From the NCBI GenBank assembly GCA_002633005.1, contig NMRA01000434.1:89874-153873 (forward strand): a DNA stretch of 64,000 nucleotides, read 5' to 3'. The position numbers and the translations under genes are program-made. The notes under the pieces are model-generated. The model was given only the letters and a program-made list of their open reading frames with translations. It ran no database searches and was not told the origin of the DNA. Below, in pieces: positions 39,523 through 52,313 of the stretch. Every line of letters begins with the position of its first letter. Positions within the stretch are counted from its first letter, which is position 1. The DNA comes from Phoronis australis. Lineage: Eukaryota > Animalia > Phoronida.

Positions 39523-42500
39523 GAACATGCAACTTTACCATACGTATCGTACAATTACAATTAATATTAGGCCTACACAGGTAGATTTGGGGGGGAGAGT
39601 CGGACCCTCTCCAATTGTGCCAACAACCTTGATAAAATAATGGCTAAGTGCAAAAATATGACAAACGATGCAGATGCAGACCCCTGTAGTATAATCCAAA
39701 ACTCACAGTAAGAGTGATGGTCTCTTCATACTCCACATTTGATTAATCAGCTATTAACTATTTATCTGCCATAAGAACAGCTGCTCAGTTACCACGGCAA
39801 CCTACTCTGGGAATAACTGAAACTCATCTCTGAACAGACCAAGTGGTGCTTTTGGAATTAGTGTTTTGTCAGTGAATGGAAGTTTGAAAAGGAATGAATA
39901 TAAAGTAATGAAGACCAGTGTTCTGGTGTTTTGAGCTGCTTAAGCAATTGATAACTTCCCGTAACAATAAATGGATAATTCCACAGTATTTGTCACTTCT
40001 GCTACACACAAAAATACGATAAAATTCGTTTCCCCTAAACTCAACAGAGACAATGACTGTGACATCTATACCATAAGGGGACAACAACTTTGACCAACAA
40101 AATAAAGGGATTCTCGATTCCTCAATGTTTTTTCTTGTTGTAAAGGGAACAGTACTGTGGAATCGCCCAGACAGTCTCATGCAAATACAAAGAAAACAAT
40201 TTGAAACAGTAATCTCCTCACAAAAAAGCCTGGTCTACAAACTCCCATTTTTCATATATACAACTTTTAAGCTACTGTCTACAAAGTCCAATCTTTATTC
40301 AACTTTTAAACCACTGCCTACATTCCAATTGTCCTGAACAATCTCGTATACGACATTGCAGCCCGAAAAGTTGAGTCAAACATTTACATTCTTTACTTGC
40401 CCACGAATGAAAAAAAATCAGCAGCTACATGAATAAGGAAGCACCGTAAAGCCACCTACCCTCTTTACTCCTTTCGATGAAACTGAGGTCAGGGTTGGAG
40501 CTGTAACGATGCTTCAACATCTGTGCTGAGACTGAAATGGAATTCCAAACAGCATACCATCAACTAAGGTTTACACCAACAAAAAACATTCACGCCTTGG
40601 ATTCCAGTTTGGTTCAATAAGGAGCGGCAACATGCGCTCAACCTGTTGTCAAGCATTAAGCCCCCATAACTGACACAGCAGAGGGACCAATTTGCAGGGA
40701 TATCATTCTCCAGAATGGCAACTCACTTCTGGATCATTTACAAATTACCACTACCTTGTACTGCAGTTCCACTTGCATAATGAAAAAACTGTTTCAAGTA
40801 ACCCAACTCAACACAGGAGCTTGGCATCTTAACATTTACAGACAGGAATGAGTCACACTGGGTCACCCTGAAGCATTCACCCAATATGAGCCAGACAAGA
40901 TGGAAATGTTGGCTGATAAATGTTACAACAAGACACCACCTCAGCTGAAAAGCAGCACATCACTTACCAATGGACAGAGCTGGATAAACCAAGTTGTAAA
41001 GCCCCAAAAAGATTATGTTGCCAAGCGCTCAACACAGGAATCCAACTAGAACCATGTGTGAGGGTGTGAACTCCAACTGTTTTTGAATCTGGTACAGAAC
41101 AAGAGACCAGGCAAAACAGCACACTTTCAAGAGGTCTCAACACAGCTGGTTACAAGCCAACTGGGTTAGTAGAAGACACAAGCTGCCCACAGCAATGGGC
41201 CATTAATTCAGAACATTATGGGTTCAACATATTAAGGAGCTGTCCAACTCACTACTATCTTGTAACCTAATATTGTGGCTGATAAGACGGAATGAAAGGC
41301 CTGTCAAAGGAGATCATGCAGAGACTCAATAACATAACTCACTGAGCAACCCAAAAAAAAACAAATTAAAACGAAATAACATGCACCCAATCTACTCCCT
41401 ATGTTAGATTTTCTTCTTGAATTTAAAGACAACATCAAAAAACGTCAGTTTACTGTATCCAACATTCAGACACACTACAGTGAGCCCAGACAACACATGA
41501 GTGATTAATGAACGAAGTGTTATGAGGTATAATCTTGTCCCAAACTCTCCTTGAGGTACCAGACAACACATGGCGCAGACAAGACATTTTTCCATGTTCA
41601 TGCAGGTTAGAAATCTGTTACTCATTTCAGTGAAAAAGTAACTGCTGTTCACAACACCATCTATTGTCAGCTTAATAAAATTCAGTGTTAGTAGTAGCAC
41701 GGCTTTTTGTTTAATAATTTTGAGATATTTTGTGTCTGCTGGTTACAAAGGGTAATTTTCACCAGCGATGAAAGAAGTTGGTGATTCAATTGTGGTGACA
41801 TACATTTATGAATTCTACACCAGTCTATAAAATAGCCAACTAACTGTTAACCCTAATCACAGCAACACAAATGCACCATGTCACAAAAGGTGTGAAGTTT
41901 TCAGCGGTTTATCAAGAGCCCAAATAGAGGATTGTTCTTACAAAATGTGAATGAATTCTAACACAAACCTATAGCTTTGTGTTCACAAAGAAAGACAGTG
42001 AGAATAATGCAACCAATTGAATAATTATTTTTCCTCTGCAAACATTCTGTCATGTTTTTAAAACTGTCTTCAGAGTATATTTTAAAAACATTTAAATATT
42101 TATTATTTGCAACTTCAACACCCTTTAAAACACTGTGAGTTTCACCTCAAACAATCCGCAGCTATAATATGAATATAATATGCATTTGTGACTATAAACA
42201 TTGGCAGTTTTTATAATCCTTGAAAATCAACAGAAGTGCGACATCCAAGCACCATGACGCCAAAGGAAGTGCCAACTTATTCTTTACTTTATAAGCAGCT
42301 ATCGGCATGCATCAAAGTTACAGTCCCTTTGACAATTGCATCATTGAAATGAAGTATCAAAGTGAATTGACAACCTGGAAAATCGCCTGTCAAAATAAGT
42401 CAGCCTCAATAACCATCACAGTGAATTGGTTGCTGGTCAATCACAAAAGCCAAAAGGATTTTGTTTTTTTCCACTTCAAAGATGATTGTGTAAGGTTAGC

Positions 42501-43052
42501 CAGCATGGGGTCCCTCTTGTTTCATCCCCTGGAGGTGGGATGGGGGACTGAGTTAAAGGCAAAACTGGGACCGAAGAGAAAGTTGTGGATTTAGTCTATA
42601 TATAGTCAGTATATATATAAGATATTTGCAAGAACCAATGATTACGAAGCGATATGCACCCGTTTTGATCGTGGCCAGAAAGAAGGGGCCAACGACCCAC
42701 TAAATCTGCCTAAAATATAGATCTGTTCAAATATTCTACTAAAATCTCCTCAATTTAGGACATGATATGGCAGACAAATGAAACTTTTACTTTTTTTCAC
42801 AAAAAATAAGTCGCACCAAATAAATCCTATAATATAGCCATCATCTGACAATGTTTTTAGCAATTCTGGGAATTGACAACAACGATAGAAGCGTTTAAAA
42901 ATTGAAAAATAATTTTGGCAACTATTTTTGTCCGAAATCAATGAGATATTACCATAAATACGTGAAACGAATTTACTGTCAATATGAACTGAACACGAAA
43001 TGCTCCGTTTTGATTTCAATAGCGACTGGTTATGTCTCACATTCCAACATAC

Positions 43053-44091
43053 CTGACGTTCTTCGAAGATCATCAGACCAACTGGATGAATCACTGATTA
43101 AACTTTCGTCATCACCAGAAACCTCTTGAAACATGCTCAACACTCGATCATAGCCCATGGAAAATGACTGGAGATATGTGGACAAAGTGTCAATGGGTCG
43201 CAAATCATGCATCTCTCGCCGCAGCTCAGAAAAGTTAAACAGAGCACTCTTATCAGACTCTATCCTTGCTTCAAGAATCTGAAAAAGGCCGGTCATGTGA
43301 CTGTTGTTAATGGCTGGCTCTACAGCGTTCAACAACGATTTGTTCATTATCAACCGATCTTGAACCTCTGACTGCGATATTTGCATTAGACGTTGATGGC
43401 TGACTGAAGATGGTGCCCCTGTCTCTTTATTTCCTTTCATTGACAGTTTTCGTTTGTGAGTCAGAGTAGGGTCCTCTAATCTTTGAAGAGCAGTTTTATA
43501 CATGTGGATTGTTTTATTAAATTCAATTTTCAATGCATCATGAAGACTCAAAAGTTTAGAATCAGATGAATTGACAAGTCCATGAGAACCAAGTTTCTCT
43601 AAACAAGCCTCCAAGTTTAACTTCTTCCTGGTCAAATCGTGCCTCAAAGATGGCTGTACAAGGGAGATAATTCTAATGATGTTTTGGCACAATGGTAAAA
43701 GCAACTCCATGTCATGAACATAGTTCCCATTTGTGTGACGTAGCTCTTCAACAGTGGCTAAAGCTCTCACCATTTGACTTAGCACATCTCGAGGCCGTAA
43801 AAACCCAAGTGGGAAGTTCTTTGCCTCTGAGAAAAACAATTTTGAGTACAATGCTTCCACCACTCCAAGAGTAGTTGGAATGGCAGTGATCATATCCTCC
43901 ATTGGAAATTTATTCAGTATACTCTTCAAAGTATCACTGGTGAGTTTGTTGATCAAGATGGCACATTCGTCATATTTCTGAGTATCAAGAAGCTTGAGCA
44001 TGTTCGTTAACACTGTTGCAGGATTCATGTAATCACTTTCTGTCTGGAAGATGTCACTAGTGTCTGTGTAGGACACCACATAAACCACATT
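43053..44091 (-). CDS. Large 1039-nt exon encoding an uncharacterised helical N-terminal region, probably of the Mieap-domain gene
   Basis: Lies within the longest ORF of the window (357 aa). Acceptor tcattccag|AAT (phase 0); donor TCAG|gtatgt (phase 1) six codons before the ORF stop. Phase 1 fits the acceptors at 15444 and 14687. Linkage across the ~27.6-kb intron is inferred. Confidence 0.8.
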
Positions 44092-45047
44092 CTGGAATGA
44101 CACAACATAGCAATAAACAGTGAAACAGCAAAAAGCTGACAGTAGGCAAATTTATGTAACACCAGAATTAAGAACTAATATTCATGTGAAATGGCTGAAT
44201 CTGATGTTCGATCATGTACAGCTAACTGATGTTCCTGTGTTCCTCGGCGGTTTTCAAAAGTTGCAATAGGTGGCACTACTGCATATGATGGCAAAGCCAC
44301 CATATTTTCATACAAACATATTCTGTTCAGTGCACTGTTCACAAGAAAAATCTTGAGTAACTCAAGAGCTGTAAAGTCGTAGCAAAAAAATGGATGACAC
44401 ATTCCAGATAGCACTTGAGGAAGATTATTCTTAACGAGTTTCAGAAAGAACTGTTACAGGATTGCTTTGCAAAGTGTAAATTCAAAAAATGGCCATCACA
44501 TCACCACCTTGTACCTGATTATGACCAAAAAACAATAGGTCTCAAGTTTACGAGAAGGTGCCTGTTGCGTGTGAATTTCAAGTGAATAGGATATTAAGTA
44601 ATAAACCTGTAATGTGCAAACAAAGAACGATAAAAGAAAAATTACGACTAACTTTAGAAAAAAACACCACAAAGTAAATGGCCTCAATTGATGAAGGATA
44701 CGTATGACGTGTCTACCAAAGGCTAATTTTACGTCTAAAAAACATGTGAAACTAGGTAAGAGTGTTACCTGAATTATATGTTAATAGCTGGCTTAAGTAA
44801 TTATGATATGGTTTGTACATCTAATTTATTTACATTATCAAGACTGACATGAGTTAGTGGTTAGACAGCCTCTGGAATCATAGTGAAAAAGTGACCAAAA
44901 ACAATTTTTGTTCCACAGATTGAAGGACTACATTTCGACACAAAAAAAAACTGAGACTAAAGTGCCATTTACACTATAAAAGTTGACACAGGTTGCTTGT
45001 CAACTATAGTTAACGCAAAACTGGGGCAAGGCAGCAGGGATCATCTC

Positions 45048-45091
45048 ATACATACACACACACGCACCCACACGCACTCACGCACACACAC
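45048..45091. repeat. Degenerate (CA)n microsatellite
   Basis: ATACATACACACACACGCACCCACACGCACTCACGCACACACAC. Confidence 0.85.
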
Positions 45092-48000
45092 TTACAGGTG
45101 ACTTTGATTTTCTGGCAATTTCTACAATTTGCCAATCTGCTGTTCAGTGCCTTGTTTTTTAACATTAACCCCGACGATTTATTTTGTCAGGAAATTGTCA
45201 GAATATCGCTATCACTTAACACTCAAGACTGGGTTTGTAATTGAGAAAAAGGAACATTTCTGCAGAGAATCAAACTCTGAAAAAGCACTCTTCTGTAGCC
45301 ACCCTCTGTTTATGGTGTTATTTCACTGCTATAAGGTTCATACAATGAACTCCTAGCTCCATACCACAGTGGTTTAACATGATCATTAGATTATCAGGTG
45401 TGTATTGACTCAGCTTAGTCATAAATTACAAACACAAATGGACCTTTTGATAACACAAGCTGCAGGAGTTACATGTAATCTAGAGCTTTTAAAAGAAGCT
45501 ATTTTTGAATCTCAAAGGAATGTTCCCAGTAACAAACACACAAAAGCAATAACACTACCGAAAACTATGTTGCTATGAAAATCTCACATGGCCAAGATCA
45601 AATTTTCTGACACTTGATAGTTGTGAGAATAACTCCAGTTACTGCAATGAAGAACTTGAGAGATGAATTTTCAATTGCCTCATATTAGTATTATTCAAAC
45701 ACAGACAGGTACACCACAAGAAACATTTCCTTGAAAAATCCAACAATAACTACCAAAATTGTCATTTTCCATTTTCAACGGCTTTGATACAAACAGCGCA
45801 AACTTTGCCAAATGCTGTTTTATGATACCTATACATTTCAAATTATGCCAGTAATAGACTAAAAGTATCTTAATCTTTATCAAACAAAAAGAATTTCACT
45901 TGTCGGCCACATTGTATGCTAAATAAGTAAAGAATCATCGTACTGTATTACGTTCTCTGATTTTCCATATACGACTTTAAATACATACGACTGTCACATA
46001 CTGAATGTGTAAAGGGGTGTTCTGACTCAGATTTTTGAGTCAAAGTTGTATCAAATACAGCATGCCCGATTCTGCTCCAATTTTCATCCGACTCAGAAGT
46101 CGTGTAAGACAGTCTAGGATCGCTGTATACCGAGTTGTTCAGGACTAGTGTGTACACACTCAGTAGGACTCTAGAACAAATGTCCAAATTTGGCTAACTT
46201 CGGAACATCATCTCACAAATCGGATTCATATGAAATTTTAAGATACTATGCATCATGCACCGCTTTAAAAAAACCTCTGATATGGATAGTTTTTAAAGTA
46301 TTCCAATTTTGCACCATTGTTTCACTATAAATGTACCTTTGTTTTTCGCCAAATTTTACTAAAGAGACGGGTCATGTGACCCAGTCAATGGCACATTAGT
46401 AAAAAGTAAACAAAATCCAATTCTACAGGCTTCCTACTTGAAGAAAATATATACTATACACAGTTAAAATTTACAGTTTTGTAAGAATTTGGCAAAATAC
46501 ATAGACAGGTCAATAAGGTCATTCATAGCATCTCTGGTTTGGTTTGGTTTGGTTTCAACTCCAGACAACAGCAGATTTCGGAATACAAGCCAGTCTAGAT
46601 CAATTTATTTCATTGTTCAGCTTTCAGTATTCTCTTTGTCTGGCATCACAATTGAAAGGCCAATTATCTACCACCCTTCAAAGAGTTGCTAAAACCATTC
46701 ATCAACTGGTACTATCTATTCTAGATTATCCCATTTCTTCCAGTGAAAACGATTCAAACTTACTCTTTTTACAAGAAATTCTTCCGAAAATCACCAGTTT
46801 TAGTCCATGAAACATAAATTTATTTTAGCCACATGTTTTCTTGGTGTGTAAAGAGCCATTTCTAATGACAACAGAAATCCCCTAACAGACAGTTTCATGG
46901 TCCATACACACATACCTTCAGGGAACCTCCCTAACCTGTTATTTTACTTCAGTGCCTTTTAATATTAACTGTATGTCTGGTAAATAAAAGCAACTTCCAC
47001 AACAAACATTGACCAGAGAGTTTTCAAAGACAGCAAGAACTGTTATCAACATGGCACTTCCAAATTTTGATTTTTTTTAAAAAGAAATGGTAACACCATA
47101 TCGACCACAGTTATCAACACTTCAAAAAAAAAAAACGATCACAACTAACTCCTTACGTCAGACCTCCTCTCTCATAAAATTCTTTCAAAAGCGTTAATTT
47201 TCATCTCCCTATGATTTCCACAACCACTTTCCCTACAGTTCTTGAGGTCAGTGTGCGTAAATAAGGTCAGTACTATAAATGACTGATACAGAATAGGATG
47301 TACACAGCCAAGACTTAGGTATGCTCTCAACCAGTGTGTCCCCTTACCTGGTCATGTTGCGCCAGCCAGTTAGGTATCTTGGGCTGGCTGTGTCGGTCAG
47401 ACCTCACACGTTCCATCCCTCTAGTTTTTCACAACAGCACACCTCTCGTGGTCCCTGCAACAGCAAAAGGCTCTAGTGTGCATCCAAATCAAAAATGACC
47501 CAGTGATGAGTATCTGGAGTATTGGTATCATCCACAGACACTGAGTGACCTGTGATATATAGCTAAGATCGCCACTATGTGGTTTGGAGAGCTGCTTGCA
47601 CTTTTGAAGTGGAATGAGATTACAGTCACCACAGAGATGGCGATATCGGAACCATCCGGAATGTTTTAATAACATTTAATTATATTTACGTAGTTCTTTA
47701 GTCATGCTTAAAAACACTCGATAACTAGTGTTCTGTAGATGACTAACCTTAAACAGACAAGGCAATAAAAATAAAACACAAAATCTCGTGGTGAGCAAGA
47801 TATTCGGAAACCTTTGCCAACCATGAAACAGGAAGAAAACAACAAGACATTAAAAAAATACATTAAATGCTGATAAACCATGTGGTCTCCTCAATTCTGC
47901 AATATAAGGCCAATTACATCCATGTGAGTCCACTGAGCACCCCACATCATCATGAAAGCTTTGGCAAAGCGCCAACAAGCATTGGTGTGCAGCCATCTAA

Positions 48001-51000
48001 AAATGTTATTCTGTTAACAATGGAGTCATGAGCAATTACGCTGTCTGACATGGCTGGATTCAGCATTAATTCATGGTTTAAGTGTTGTTATCCCTAATTC
48101 AATCCTTGGAAACTTTTAACCTGCTTAGAAAATGTACAATTAAAATGCAAATCCTCTGAGGTGTTTTGGCAATATTTTAAAGCTAACTCTTGAATTTATT
48201 TTGAAGCTGGGAACTTCCGTGAATGCGATTTTAGTTCAAGCTGTTTAGACAAACATCCAAACAAACAAAAAACAGTTTTTGGCAAACTTTTTAAAAACCC
48301 TAAAAATCCCCAAGTAAACAGCACAAATTCATGTTTTGCTAATTCAGTGTTAGGAACGTTTGGATTACCGAGACAATTTTTTCTCACAGGAGTTATTTCA
48401 AAAACATAATCAATGTACATTCAAATGCCCATGATATATGAAAACACATGGGTTGTGTTACGTCGACACAAGACACGCGACGAAAACCTAGCGGGATCAC
48501 ATGCTTCGCTTGTAATGCTTGGCGACATCTCGCAAGGACTAACATGATCTTGTGTTTTTGTGAATTTCTTGCATCTAGGCAATGCAGCCCTGGGGATCGT
48601 TTCATGAAAAAAAATTGAGATTTAAGACAAAAATTTGATCTGACAATCCACACAACTTAGTATGAAAAATAATAAAATCTCACAACATACAAAAGTCCAG
48701 GCTCTAAGAATATAGTTACACATAATTGTTAGTTACTGATACAATTTCTCACTAATTTCTAGACTGTGATACGCTTGTAATTACTTGGCTGAAGCCCCTT
48801 TTCAGCAATTGTGAGTTAGGAGCATAAGACCTACTTTCTGTCTTAGGAGTCTTCAGTCACTTTCATGAAGCAAATTCATGCCCATTCCACCTTTTGAATT
48901 CAGCCATAATTCATCCAAAATGTTTCATGCAGTCCGTTGACTGAAGACATTTACAAAACTTATTTGCAAGTAACACAGAAGTAAATTGTCCTTATTACAT
49001 GTTCCAATAACCAAATAGAATGGTTGTAGGTCGATTCCAGTTCACCTTTTTTCAAAGCTTTTAACTCAGATAGTTCCATAATCATCCGCAAAGTAAAAGC
49101 CCAAGTGTAGAAAATAATCAGAGCTTGGAATTTTCCTCTTATTTGAATTCCAGTTTCCGTTTTTCTCATCTTTTTTATCACCATTTTGACTTTATTCATG
49201 AAAAAACGTTTCATTTCAGTTAAATTTTAGGACACAAAAATACTTCTATCACATAAGCCTACTTATTTGATGAACGATATCTCAACTGAAAATTTTCCTT
49301 TTTTTGTCATTGGTCATTCCAAGCCCTGAATAATATTATTGGTTAAGAATTTTCAAAATGTTTAATGTTAGATATGCTAAAAAGCTGTGAAACGTCTGTT
49401 TGTACTGGAACGCATTGGTCTCAAAGTGTTAAACAATAGCAGTTAATTCTTCACTTCTTCAGCTCACAATATGACGGATGTGCAAAATTCTATTTTGTCA
49501 AAATTTCCTTACAAAAATAAATATTAAGAAATTTTACTGTATTGCTACCGTAGTTTGAACTGTGAAGATGTCATGAAACAACATTTCCATTATTTGTAGG
49601 AAAGTACTACACCTTCTTTGAAAAGATGGAAAATGACAACTTTGTCAATTCTCCTAATGCAAAATAAGTGCTGAATTACAGCACTACCAGAAACACGCAG
49701 GTTAACGCCCATGCCCGCGTAATTGGCCACCTCTGACTTAGCCAAATTTCGATGGAAGCGCCTACTGTTTGGGCAAATTCTGGGTAGATCCATATTTGAA
49801 TCTAGCAATTAATCACAACCCTCTCGTTGCAACTACAAATATTGGGTTGGGCCTGGAACGAATCGTCCGTGATTTTAACCAAGCGTACAAAATGTAGTCA
49901 TGTTCACTGATCTGAAACAGTACTTGCTGTTACGGTAAGTGGAGTGCCATTGGAGTTTCATAAACTTCCGCGGTATGACATTTTGCAGTGCGTTGATATA
50001 TTTGAAAACATCCGAGTTTTTTAACAACAGTCTCGCGAAACCACCCATTCAAAGTCGAAATACTGTTTCTGTTTAAACCGTGAGAAACTTTGCGGTTGTC
50101 GGGTTCCACTGATTGACCAAACCTACAAATTCCGTACTCGAATGAACACTCCGCGCGCTTGCCTATTTCAGCAAAATTTCGACGTAAGCAGCCACTGCTT
50201 GAGTAATCCCCCACCCTCCTGTCTTAGGGTTTTCCCGGCTAATTTAAGCACCCAAGACGATAACCTGCGAGTTTACAGTATTTCAATATGGTTTTAGAAC
50301 TGCTTGGCTGAATCAGGAAGTTGGTGACGAAATATTATTTATCTAAAAATTTAAGCAACGTATGAAGACAGTGACATGCAACACTTGAGAAGAGTCAAAG
50401 TTCAGATGTGTCAATTTGCCAAAAGGGAAGAGATGTTGCAACGCACCATTCAGCGTTAATATAATTCCTATGAGCAGGACCCTCTATAAAAGCATGTGTC
50501 ATCTGATTTATTTCATTTTTTCGTTTAATCTGTCTGTGTCATCATGTTCTGCCAACCTCACCGATCTCCCGAGTCCCAAAGAGATGATATCAACACATCA
50601 TGCGAGGAGCACGTGTCACAGTGATGTAGTTCCTTATTAAGGAAATGTCAAATCCGTCTGCTTACTTTATAGTCAATCCAGTAGTTAAACTTCCGAGGTG
50701 TTCGTGACTGCAAATTCATTCATTTCAGAAGCCCCGAGAATATTATAATGCATTCAGACACAAACAAACTATAATTGACGCAGACCCTGTCGCAAGCAGT
50801 CATGAGTGTCCAGCCCAGTCAATCATATGTCAACTTAGAGAAAGAAACTATTGAAATAAGGATTCAAAACTTGTATACCATGAGACTTCAGGAAATCCTA
50901 ATGTAACACTGATTAATTGTATTTGTTAAATGTTTGCTCACATGGACATTGCAGAGTGGGAACTCTAGAGGTTGGATTGTGATCGGTCATTGCCACAGCC

Positions 51001-51088
51001 GGTGCTACTGGTACACCTGATTCAATAGTGGTGAGCAGCTCAAGTCAACTTGCAGTGTTACATGAAATGGCCAATCCACTTTCAGTAC

Positions 51089-52249
51089 TATGGAAAGCCA
51101 AGGCAGAAAAATTCTAAGGCATAAAACTTCTATATTTTTAATCAAGAATTAACTTCTCTACGGGCCCATAAAAATATAATCAAAACCAAAATTTATTGAG
51201 CCAGGACCAAAATTTAAGACATCGGACACAAAATTTGTAATGCCAGGACACAAAATTTGTCACGTCAGGATATAGAATTTCTCTCCAGAAGATTTCTTGC
51301 CAGGTCAAAATTTCATGCCAGGAAAAAATTTCTTGGCAGGATAAAATTTCATGCCAGGACAAAATTTCATGCCAGGAGACCACGTGGCAATGACGATCCA
51401 ATGTGTCTCTGTAATACTCAGCCACATTCAAGTCTATACATTGGCTTCTGTTGTAAAATGTGGAAGAGACAACAGAAATTGAACCTTATTGTCACAATAA
51501 TGTAACTGTTGTCGGCGAGACATGGTGTAACTATGAAGTCATCTCTTCGTGGATGGTCACTAGCCTTGTCCCCAAGCCTCATGATGGCGCTGATCGGTTT
51601 AGCCATTTGAGGATGGGTTATAGGAACTGCGTTCTATGCAATGATTGACCGCTGCCTCGACGTCACTATACAACAAAGGCAAATTTTAATTTTTTCACAG
51701 GCATTGTTGCTGGCATCCATGAAGCAAAAGGCATTGTTTTGGTTATTGTTTGAAATAAAGGTTGTTTGTGTACTTGTTTTCACTTCTTTTTCATTAAGAG
51801 TATCATAGAAATTAATCTGTTTTCGATTCAAAATACATCACTTTTGCAATAATTTAAAACTAAATTGCTGCAATATACCATTAGTTTTAATTTTGATTTG
51901 AAACTGCAAAAAATTCAAAATTACATTACTCATGATATTCCGGCGATTTCCGTTATAATGTGTCAGAATTCTGACACATTTCATTTCCCATAACCAAGCC
52001 TCAAATGGCTAAATGGATCAGCACCATCTTGTGGCTTGGGGACGAGGCTGGGATGGTCACGTGTTCTCCTGGCATGAAATTTTCTTGACATGTGAAAATT
52101 TCCTAACAAATTTTGGCCCTGTCGTGATAAATTATAGGCCCTGGCATGATAAATTTTGGTTTGAGTACATTTTTTCTGGTCCTGCAGAGAATTTAATTCT
52201 TGAATAGAACATTGGTGTCCTGGAATTTTTTTCGCTTTGGCTTTCCATA
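51089..52249. repeat. Long imperfect inverted repeat (foldback-like) with internal ~18-bp tandem arrays
   Basis: 51089-51626 and 51985-52249 are reverse-complement homologues (TATGGAAAGCC..., AAAATTTCATGCCAGGA units, GTCCCCAAGCC...TTTAGCCATTTGAGG). The left arm carries ~170 extra bp. Confidence 0.75.
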
Positions 52250-52313
52250 CAGTACAGGCTTTCCATACAGTACAGGCTTTCCATACTGTACAGGCTTTCC
52301 ATACTGTACAGGC
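52239..52313. repeat. Minisatellite, 18 bp x4 (GGCTTTCCATACWGTACA)
   Basis: Read directly; it produces the spurious CTVWKA / LYSMES repeat ORFs. Confidence 0.95.
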
